Shown: positions 1 through 10,660 of the stretch, piece by piece | Numbering within the stretch: position 1 is the stretch's first letter | Layout: every line of letters begins with the position of its first letter | DNA from: Balanoglossus misakiensis | Lineage: Eukaryota > Animalia > Hemichordata | Length of the DNA stretch: 64,000 bases | Direction of reading: 5' to 3' | Assembly (NCBI GenBank): GCA_040954595.2 | Contig: CM082586.2 | Location: 2,981,124 to 3,045,123, forward strand | Made by a program: the position numbers and the translations under genes | Notes under the pieces: model-generated | Database searches by the model: none | What the model saw: only the letters and a program-made list of their open reading frames with translations | What the model was told of the DNA's origin: nothing

Positions 1-3000
1 GATTTTCAAAATTTGGTGATTTTCTGATAAAAAGCATGGGTTATAGCTCATGAAAATCATCCAGAAATGTCAATTTTTCGACTTCGCGGATTTTCAAAAT
101 TTGGCGATTTTTTGATTAAAACCATGGGTTATAGCTCATGAAAATCATCCAGAAATGTTAATTTTTCGACTTCGCGGATTTTCAAAATTTGGCGATTTTT
201 TGATAAAAAGCATGGGTTATAGCTCATGAAAATCATCCAGAAATGTCAATTTTTCGACTTCGCGGATTTTCAAAATTTGGTGATTTTTTGATAAAAACCA
301 TGGGTTATAGCTCATGAAAATCATCCAGAAATGTCAATTTTTCGACTTCGCGGATTTTCAAAATTTCTTCATTTTTTCGAAAAAACCATGGGTTATAGCT
401 CATGAAAATCATCCAGAAATGTCAATTTTTCGACTTCGCGGATTTTCAAAATTTGGTGATTTTTTGATAAAAACCATGGGTTATAGCTCATGAAAATCAT
501 CCAGAAATGTCAATTTTTCGACTTCGCGGATTTTCAAAATTTGGTGATTTTTTGATAAAAACCATGGGTTATAGCTCATGAAAATCATCCAGAAATGTCA
601 ATTTTTCGACTTCGCGGATTTTCAAAATTTGGTGATTTTTTGATAAAAACCATGGGTTATAGCTCATGAAAATCATCCAGAAATGTCAATTTTTCGACTT
701 CGCGGATTTTCAAAATTTGGTGATTTTTTGATAAAAAGCATGGGTTATAGCTCATGAAAATCATCCAGAAATGTCAATTTTTCGACTTCGCGGATTTTCA
801 AAATTTGGTGATTTTTTGATAAAAAGCATGGGTTATAGCTCATGAAAATCATCCAGAAATGTCAATTTTTCGACTTCGCGGATTTTCAAAATTTGGTGAT
901 TTTCTGATAAAAAGCATGGGTTATAGCTCATGAAAATCATCCAGAAATGTCAATTTTTCGACTTCGCGGATTTTCAAAATTTGGCGATTTTTTGATAAAA
1001 ACCATGGGTTATAGCTCATGAAAATCATCCAGAAATGTTAATTTTTCGACTTCGCGGATTTTCAAAATTTGGCGATTTTTTGATAAAAACCATGGGTTAT
1101 AGCTCATGAAAATCATCCAGAAATGTCAATTTTTCGACTTCGCGGATTTTCAAAATTTGGTGATTTTTTGATAAAAACCATGGGTTATAGCTCATGAAAA
1201 TCATCCAGAAATGTCAATTTTTCGACTTCGCGGATTTTCAAAATTTCTTCATTTTTTCGAAAAAACCATGGGTTATAGCTCATGAAAATCATCCAGAAAT
1301 GTCAATTTTTCGACTTCGCGGATTTTCAAAATTTGGTGATTTTTTGATAAAAACCATGGGTTATAGCTCATGAAAATCATCCAGAAATGTCAATTTTTCG
1401 ACTTCGCGGATTTTCAAAATTTGGTGATTTTTTGATAAAACTCATGGGTTATAGCTCATGAAAATCATCCAGAAATGTCAATTTTTCGACTTCGCGGATT
1501 TTCAAAATTTGGTGATTTTTTGATAAAAACCATGGGTTATAGCTCATGAAAATCATCCAGAAATGTCAATTTTTCGACTTCGCGGATTTTCAAAATTTGG
1601 TGATTTTTTGATAAAAAGCATGGGTTATAGCTCATGAAAATCATCCAGAAATGTCAATTTTTCGACTTCGCGGATTTTCAAAATTTGGTGATTTTTTGAT
1701 AAAAACCATGGGTTATAGCTCATGAAAATCATCCAGAAATGTCAATTTTTCGACTTCGCGGATTTTCAAAATTTGGTGATTTTTTGATAAAAACCATGGG
1801 TTATAGCTCATGAAAATCATCCAGAAATGTCAATTTTTCGACTTCGCGGATTTTCAAAATTTGGTGATTTTTTGATAAAAACCATTGGTTATAGCTCATG
1901 AAAATCATCCAGAAATGTCAATTTTTCGACTTCGCGGATTTTCAAAATTTGGTGATTTTTTGATAAAAACCATGGGTTATAGCTCATGAAAATCATCCAG
2001 AAATGTCAATTTTTCGACTTCGCGGATTTTCAAAATTTGGTGATTTTTTGATAAAAACCATGGGTTATAGCTCATGAAAATCATCCAGAAATGTCAATTT
2101 TTCGACTTCGCGGATTTTCAAAATTTGGTGATTTTTTGATAAAAACCATGGGTTATAGCTCATGAAAATCATCCAGAAATGTCAATTTTTCGACTTCGCG
2201 GATTTTCAAAATTTGGTGATTTTTTGATAAAAACCATGGGTTATAGCTCATGAAAATCATCCAGAAATGTCAATTTTTCGACTTCGCGGATTTTCAAAAT
2301 TTGGTGATTTTTTGATAAAAACCATGGGTTATAGCTCATGAAAATCATCCAGAAATGTCAATTTTTCGACTTCGCGGATTTTCAAAATTTGGTGATTTTT
2401 TGATAAAAACCATGGGTTATAGCTCATGAAAATCATCCAGAAATGTCAATTTTTCGACTTCGCGGATTTTCAAAATTTGGTGATTTTTTGATAAAAACCA
2501 TGGGTTATAGCTCATGAAAATCATCCAGAAATGTCAATTTTTCGACTTCGCGGATTTTCAAAATTTGGTGATTTTTTGATAAAAAGCATGGGTTATAGCT
2601 CATGAAAATCATCCAGAAATGTCAATTTTTCGACTTCGCGGATTTTCAAAATTTGGTGATTTTTTGATAAAACTCATGGGTTATAGCTCATGAAAATCAT
2701 CCAGAAATGTCAATTTTTCGACTTCGCGGATTTTCAAAATTTGGTGATTTTTTGATAAAACTCATGGGTTATAGCTCATGAAAATCATCCAGAAATGTCA
2801 ATTTTTCGACTTCGCGGATTTTCAAAATTTGGTGATTTTTTGATAAAAACCATGGGTTATAGCTCATGAAAATCATCCAGAAATGTCAATTTTTCGACTT
2901 CGCGGATTTTCAAAATTTGGTGATTTTTTGATAAAAACCATGGGTTATAGCTCATGAAAATCATCCAGAAATGTCAATTTTTCGACTTCGCGGATTTTCA

Positions 3001-3766
3001 AAATTTGGTGATTTTTTGATAAAAAGCATGGGTTATAGCTCATGAAAATCATCCAGAAATGTCAATTTTTCGACTTCGCGGATTTTCAAAATTTGGTGAT
3101 TTTTTGATAAAAACCATGGGTTATAGCTCATGAAAATCATCCAGAAATGTCAATTTTTCGACTTCGCGGATTTTCAAAATTTGGTGATTTTTTGATAAAA
3201 ACCATGGGTTATAGCTCATGAAAATCATCCAGAAATGTCAATTTTTCGACTTCGCGGATTTTCAAAATTTGGTGATTTTTTGATAAAAACCATGGGTTAT
3301 AGCTCATGAAAATCATCCAGAAATGTCAATTTTTCGACTTCGCGGATTTTCAAAATTTGGTGATTTTTTGATAAAAACCATGGGTTATAGCTCATGAAAA
3401 TCATCCAGAAATGTCAATTTTTCGACTTCGCGGATTTTCAAAATTTGGTGATTTTTTGATAAAAACCATGGGTTATAGCTCATGAAAATCATCCAGAAAT
3501 GACAATTTTTTTGACTTAGCGAATTTTCAAAATTTCTTCATTTTTTCGAAAAAACCATGGGTTATAGCTCATGAAAATCATCCAGAAATGACAATTTTTC
3601 GACTTTGCGAAATATCAAAATTTCTTAATTTTTTCGAAAAAACCATGGGTTATAGCTCATGAAAATCATCCAGAAATGACAATTTTTCGACTTTGCGAAT
3701 TTTCAAAATTTCTTTATTTTCTCAAAAAAATCATGGGTTACAGCTCATGAAAATCATTAAAAATTT
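1..3766. repeat. 88-bp tandem satellite array, about 43 monomers, truncated by the window start and degenerate at its right edge
   Basis: Monomer gattttcaaaatttggtgattttttgataaaaaccatgggttatagctcatgaaaatcatccagaaatgtcaatttttcgacttcgcg recurs at 1, 89, 441, 881, 1321 etc. (period 88). The last 3 copies are diverged. Confidence 0.99.
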
Positions 3767-3851
3767 GACGTGGCCAATACTTTGGCCAGGATTTCACGAG
3801 TGTAGAATTCTCTTTGAGGATCTCGCTCGGATCTGACGACACTGTTACCGG
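3767..3851 (-). repeat. 85-bp duplicated fragment of the last coding exon of the adjacent IFI44-like gene
   Basis: 3767-3851 matches 4182-4266 with 4 substitutions and abuts the satellite. Confidence 0.95.
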
Positions 3852-4129
3852 CCTATGTTCTAACTGCAGTATTTAAACCATATTTGGTGGAAACTGTAAT
3901 AGTAGTTAGTGTAATGTTCTAGTCATATTGAAAGCAATATATTCAAGTCAAGTGTCATCTCGGATCTAAACTCACTAACTATGAGTATACGAAAGGTCAC
4001 TACTGAAAGTTATCTGCCCAATTCGCCCCCCCCCCCCTCAACGAAATTACAGATCAACAAGTACTGCACTAAAACGGATAGGTTTTTACAGACATGGACT
4101 TGGCAACAGTCCGGTCCTGGTAGGTGTAT

Positions 4130-7100
4130 TTACGAAATAACACAGCTGCCCGTCTGCTTCGTTTCATCTTTGTACGACTTCGACGCGGCCAATACTTTGG
4201 CAAGGATTTCACGCGTGTAGAATTCTCTTTGAGGATCTCGCTCGGATCTGACGATACTGTTACCGGTGTGATCGTAGTTTGCAATCGGGAATATTTGGCT
4301 TCGATCGACCCCAATTTCATGGGCGATTCGCTTCCGTGCATCTTCTATTTCTTTTGGAGTCATTTCGTCGATGTGTGTCATCACTATAAACATCGGTATA
4401 GCGCGACCTATCAAATGAGACGTAAACATTAAAAGTTTAATTTTAGAAAACAACGCAAGAATTGAAGTAGACGCCAGTGACGTTTGAATAAATAACATTT
4501 ATGAAAGAAACATCGTGAATATGGTTCGTCATTTCGATGAAGCATATTATATGTAGGAAGACATGTTATAAGATAATATTTTCTTATAAATGGGCTCTAT
4601 ATTCCGTTTATAATTAACTACGCCCATCAGACAATTTGCAAGCCTTTATTCAACCTACCTGTTTTTGTCACAGCCTGTAAGAAGTCCGAATGCATGGTCT
4701 GAGTTCCCGCTCTTCCATTTTGTACGGCGATGACAGTCTGGATTTTTGCATGGTCTGTACTGAACCATCTGGTGGAATCTCCAATTTTAATATTTGGGGG
4801 TTCCTTACCGTTGATAATGTTCTCCATAGCCTTCTGGAGGTTCCCCTCATTTTCATAGGCCCTGACGGTGGCACCCGGCACATCCCATAAAGTGAATTCG
4901 CGCAAACCAAGGCAAATTTTATATGGGGTGTAAACGGGTGTGCCAGTCACTGGGCCGCCATACGTCGGAGCAACCGGGTGCATTTCAAGTGACTGGAAGC
5001 AAACCATATTTTGGGATATACTTTAATACAACTTTTTCTTTCATAAGTCTAGCGCCCTCACACAGCTACCATGAATGTGACATGAACGCAAAGCTAGGCC
5101 AATGGGGAAAATCCCTTGGCCGTGATGGGCCAACTTCCCAATTGAGTTCAATTTCATGATGGCCGCGTGAGGGCGCTAAAGTTATGAAAAAGGTGCCTTG
5201 TCCACCATTTCCGACTATGTATGAAAGTCAGTAATATTTAGTAATACACATATCTCATTCACGCAAAGCAAACTTTCGTCACCGTTGAATCCAAATATAT
5301 ACTATTGACAATTTTAGTGTTCATCAGCAAAGTTACCATTCCAAGAGAAAGGGTACGCACAAATAAGCTTTGGAACTAGGTTGAGAATCGAAAACAATTT
5401 TAAATTTCACAACTATCATGAGCGTGACACGACGAAAAATGCGAAATGTCAGAGGTTTTATCGCAAGCGACCGGCTAGACAAGATGGCGCCAAGCTTACC
5501 TTCATGAGAGTGTTGATAAAGGATGATTTGCCATGGGCAGCGCCTCCAATTAGAACTATGTTTTGACCACAACACATTTTTTTTATTTCGTCTGTAATTC
5601 AAAACACGACATGACTTCATTTCCAAGTCTGGTACATGTGATGTACTCCAACATAACCAAAGGGATGTTTGAGTTTGAGTACCCATTAAGAGGGTGTACA
5701 GAAAAAATTGAAAAAATGTAACATTACAACATATTTTGCACTTGCTAGAATTCTCCAAGTGACCATGGTTATTTCATTATCGACAGTCAAAAGTATCTTA
5801 CCCAAATTAGGAGAGCCGGGTACATAAAAGACAAGTTCTTTCTCAGCATATTCTGAGAGTTCATTCATTGTCGGAATTGGTGAGCTGATCCTTCCAGGGA
5901 TTTCAACTGGTTGATAGACGATAATGTCGTCATCTTCGGACAATTTGAAGGTACGCTGAATTTCTTCGGTCAGATGACATATTCTGTTAGATGTGCGGAG
6001 TTGTAATGGTCTCCTTCTCCGAGCTCCCACTTTCCCGACGTAGACGGTGATTTCTGAAAGATGTGGAAATGCTCATATATATAGAAAGGGGGTACGGGCG
6101 GGATAAAAAAAAAAAGCTCGACTGTATTGAATGAAATAAAGCTATGCAAATTAGCAGGGGGAGAGGATATGGGTCTTGTAATACAAGATTATTCATAAAA
6201 TACCGGGATTTATGTCCGAGTACAATGTACAGCGGCGGTATTTTTCCAAATTCCCTTCCGAAGTTTTTTTGTGAAAATTGTCCAAGTTGGCATTAGTTTC
6301 ACAAGGTTATTGAGGTTTGACATTCATTTCAATCAAACGTTCATTAGATGTTTGTGGGAAGTTTAGTGAAATACAATGCAGCAGATTTGGGTGCTGTAAT
6401 TACAAATGTCCACTGATTATACAACGAATTCTTTCTACTTTAAATAGGTTTTTGCTACCTAGGTGAATAATTAAAATCTCAATTGAGTCGACACAATGTC
6501 ACGATGGCCGTTTTTTGCCATGTTTTTAAGAAATGGAAGTCCATGGGGTAAAGTGATACTACGACAGCCACCATTGTCAGGTTATGTCAAGTCACTGCGC
6601 TGGCTAACGTCATGCCAGATAAAAGATATGCTAAAATGCTGGACATGATAGTGTAGGCTATATATTAACTGGGTGGCAGATGGTAACATACCGTTGCTTT
6701 CCGCCATTTCCGTGCTGCTACTGCTGCCGTCACGTGTCCGCTTTGCTTGCTTGTGGGCTGTTATTAAAATTCAGGATGTTAGAAATGTAAAGGACACACA
6801 GGTACACGGAAGAAATATTTTAGTACTTAGACTAGATTTCCACACAACGATATGTCCGTGGTTGTCGTTTTGGGGTAAAGAGTCCGAGGGGATCTCCCGA
6901 TATGCACTAGTACGCAGTCTGACTATAGAGAACTCAATTATTTTCACTTTCGTTTCTATTGTTCATACAACCTGATAAAATAGTCCCGATACTGCGAAAT
7001 TGCCATTGAATATGCAAATTAGATGCTCCTGTATACAATGTAGCTTACAGTACTGTGTGAAATCAACATCTTTAACATATTCCATAATCTTTGTTTGTAT

Positions 7101-8850
7101 TTTATGTATGCATTTGGCGTACTTATAATTCATTAGTGAGTGTAGTGTGATAATAAATGCACGTCAAAATGTTCTTGACCAGAGGTGACAAGTGAAAAAA
7201 CAGTTTAGCCTGGCCATTTGAAGTAAAACGTTGAAAGTTAGTTTTCAATCGCGATTCTGGTAAGTGGTATATTTGCTTGTAGGTCATTGTGCCGATTTCG
7301 CGAAACCGAAAGAATGAATCTAGCGGATCTGGGCTGAGTCATGACTTTGTCACAATCTATCTCTGCAGTCCTGTGGGTTGAACAAACACAGTCAACCTAC
7401 TTGCATATTTTCGTCGATATGGCGTGGGATATGTCGACGTGAAAGAACATTTGTAAGTAAACACAATATGCAAAGTGCTACACATCACAGTGACAGTACA
7501 CACACCTAGAAGTTGCTAGCTTTTTGTCGCCATTAACATCCACTTTCATCTTCCACGATACGATATATGAAACCTAACTTAAAGTCGAGATAAAAATCGT
7601 CGCCTTAATATTTGATATGGATCGTGGATGGACACAAAAGTCGTACTAACCAGAACAAGGTTGTGCTGTTCGCGTGAATGTACCACCTTCGGGTGAAAGG
7701 ACCCTTGATATCAAGGGTCGAATCTCGGGCTAGTCAAAGGTTGAGATTTCATGAGTTTAAAATATACCCGTACCCCAGTTGAGGTATAAGGTCATCTTTA
7801 ATTTACATATGTCTACATACATTGTCAAAATAGCGTGTCTAAGTCTTCGAAGCCATAGGCATATGGTGGCGCAACATTTTCGCATGTATGTATAACATAA
7901 ATTAAACAATTCTGTTTAATTAACTATCCGAAATACCGTTGTATTTACCTTCATATTCTTTTACTTCTTCTTTACATTGCTCATACTCAATTTCTGACAT
8001 TGTTACTTCCATGGTGATGTATTTTGCCTGAAGTTTCTCCAGCAGCTGCCCAGTGATAATTGCTTTCTGGAAAACTTGCTGTAACTCCCCACTTTTGTAC
8101 TGGCCCCATAGCTTTTCCAGCACCTCCGTTTTGCCACACCAAACCACACACTCGATGGATGAACGCCTGAACTCTTTTATAAGAGTCCCGACCCTTTCCA
8201 GATGGTCCTCAACCATTTGCAGGGCACCCTCTTGACTCAAGTCAACACTATCGTAGACTCTTCTCATAATATAATAGTATGTGCGTGTACTCTCATCCGC
8301 TGCCATGGGTTGGTCACCTACAACTTGAAAATCCTCCAATGCAGCAAGTACTGAAAGTTCGCCTGAAATGAAAATAAATCTTGTGTTTGATTGCTAAAGC
8401 CATTTTCGTATATCAAAGCATAGACAGGAGTATTTCAACCCAACTAACAGAAAGAAAATCAGTACAAATCTCCATCTAAGAACCAAATCTTGACTTATGA
8501 AAATCAGAAAATGGAAATTTCAAAGTTAACTTACATTGTTGTCTTCTCCCCCTCACGCCGGTTTCTTCCAGAAACTTAATGACCATTGTTTTGAGTGGCA
8601 TCCTCTTGATTGTTTCGAACAAATCCAGCAGCAAGTCCAAATTGTCATCGCGTATGTGACCCCTATCTTTGAGGTAATGAAAAAGCTCTGTTGCCGTTCC
8701 CACACTTTCAGTGTCCTGTATGTCCAGTTGCTGATCTCGTAACAAGTCCTTCATGGTGGCGACTTCTTCAAGGGACAGCTTTTGCGCCAATTCCACGAAT
8801 AATTTGTTTAATGGATTAATGTTGTCTGTGGGATCCGGAGCTTCAGCCAT
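4130..8850 (-). CDS. DED + TRADD-N-like + ubiquitin-like + IFI44-like GTPase with C-terminal CaaX (CVIS), about 583 aa, 7 coding exons
   Basis: Exons 8850-8535, 8362-7949, 6757-6692, 6053-5802, 5591-5500, 4992-4659, 4407-4130, all GT-AG and phase-compatible (1752 nt). ATG in strong Kozak context GCGGCCATGG. DED pattern LFVELAQKLSLEEV...ELFHYLKDRGHIRDDNLDLLLDLFETIKRMPL. TRADD-N-like SIECVVWC...LEKLWGQYKSGELQ...MSEIEYEQCK. GTPase motifs GGAAHGKS, LWDVPG, THID, ANY. Joining the DED half to the GTPase half is inferred. Confidence 0.8.
5039..5189. mobile_element. MITE-like element with about 37-bp imperfect terminal inverted repeats, intronic
   Basis: tttcataagtctagcgccctcacacagctaccatgaa (5039-5075) is near reverse-complementary to ttcatgatggccgcgtgagggcgctaaagttatgaaa (5153-5189). 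Confidence 0.65.
6941..6956 (-). promoter_or_regulatory. IRF-E/ISRE-like motif GAAACGAAAGTGAAAA, intronic
   Basis: Three GAAA cores on the minus strand, about 190 bp upstream of the 66-nt exon. Confidence 0.5.
7302..7312 (+). promoter_or_regulatory. ISRE-like motif GAAACCGAAAG, intronic
   Basis: Matches the GAAANNGAAA consensus. Confidence 0.4.
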
Positions 8851-10307
8851 GGCCGCAATTTTTGTTGCTGTTTTAACGTAAATCACAACTTCAGAGTTTA
8901 TTGCGAAACGAGGCCTGCGAGACAAAAAGGAAAATGTCACTTTGATGATCTAGATCATATAGTACACAACAAACAAAGTTACCCGGCCACTTTGCGCCGG
9001 CTTGAAAAACCATACCAGATACATATGCAAGGTATTATGTCTTATTATTATATTAGGTGAAATATGAAAAATAAAGATTTTAAACATATTTACTTCACTA
9101 CCGCAGCCGTTTCAATTCGATATCGCTATTACCTCCCAAAACCTCCCAAAGAGTACCAAACTTGTACAATCAAAAGTCAAAACGTTCCTGATTTTAAATT
9201 GCAAACATATTACTAAGTCAGCTTCAGTCACTGTGGGATGATCTAAATATGCTCTGGTGACTGTTTACAGGGTCACTAACTATGGACAGATTTATGGCGT
9301 CTTGTACTGTATTGCTAAGCCAGTATAGGGAAGTGGGGTTATACAGGTCAGACCTACACACATGTAAATAAGATTTGGCTTTTCTCTGTGTAAAGTTGGG
9401 CCAAAAGTCAACCACTGAAGATCATTGAGTACAGGTCTTTTCCAAACCGTAAATTTACTAATTTGGGTGAAAGAATTAATAGCTTCCAAACAAGGTATGT
9501 TGTCATATCGGCCAGCAGTGCCGCCATATTTATATCCCCAGGAAAATGAAAACACTGAGGAAATTAACTATGCAGAAGCTTATGGCACACTTTCCTGTTT
9601 AGTATATTGTTGCAGACATTTACTCAGTTGATTAATTGATGACAGTATGTGTTCTGTAAGCCTTGGGCTGGATTGTACTTGTATCTGTAAAACGTATATT
9701 ATTTCCTTCGAAGTCTACAATGTTGAAGTTGACACAGGATATACTTCTGAATACTCTGGTTCTTGTTTCACCTGTACACCTAATGCCTGCTGCTAATGTG
9801 TCTCAGAGTATAACGTGACTTATCATAATAATTGAAGTCTAAAATACCTTAAATCAAAGATTCTTTCTCTGATACACTCCGGACACAGCGGCGATGAATT
9901 TTGAGTTGCACAGCTGGTGAAAACGTTATAGTACTCAGGTATCAAAGTTCGACATTTGCATGTGAATGATCTCACGGGTTGACTACATGTACTTCGTTGT
10001 CCTTTGCTTGGTCGAGTCGCTGGCTTTCCTTTGCCCCCCCCCCCCCCAGACAGCACTGGAAGAGGTCAGGAATATAAATGATTCAAAAATTAGGATAACA
10101 AAGGTTAAGTGCATTATGGTAACGTACGTTAGTCCTAAGCAACAAACAAAAAATATGCAAACTATAAGAGTGAACAATATGGCGTCCACAGATGAGATAA
10201 AACTGTGTTGTCGAAATGTAATTTTGTTTTAGCTATAGGCCTATACATGTACTTCTTGAAGGTGCAATTAGTGGCTTGAAGAAAACATATAATACTTTCG
10301 ATACAGT

Positions 10308-10320
10308 CACTTTCACTTTC
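10308..10320 (-). promoter_or_regulatory. IRF1/2-type element GAAAGTGAAAGTG in the shared divergent promoter region
   Basis: cactttcactttc at 10308-10320, between the two divergent ATGs (8850 and 10661). Confidence 0.6.
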
Positions 10321-10660
10321 GTGTGCTACATATCAAACATTACACCACTATGTATGCGTTTAATTGCAGCTAAGCTTTTAATATAAATTTCAGCAAGCAA
10401 ACTTTTCTGGCTTGTTTATGAACGACTGGGACGAGAGGCTGATAATAACGGCTGTCAGAAAGCTTGTTTGAACGGCCCAATTAGTAAAATCACGAAAATA
10501 GTATTTTTAAAAAGGTGTGGGAGTACATGGGGATAATTCCTAGAACCAAGGTCAAAGGCTATTTTGCGCTTGCGCATTTCGCGTTTTCCCCGTCAGTCCA
10601 GAAACCGTGCAACAGTTAAAAATAGATCTCCAGGGATTCTTCACGTGACAAGCAATAGAA

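Noticed and set aside
1-3766. CRISPR array or coding repeat
   Set aside because: The monomers are contiguous with no unique spacers, there are no cas genes or long ORF, and the context is eukaryotic.
5333-5758. 141-aa minus-strand ORF
   Set aside because: Wrong frame across the real 92-nt P-loop exon (5591-5500). The rest is intron.
7651-7730. Additional exon of the DED-GTPase gene
   Set aside because: The candidate splice sites give phase 1 to 2, which is incompatible with the flanking phase-1 exons.
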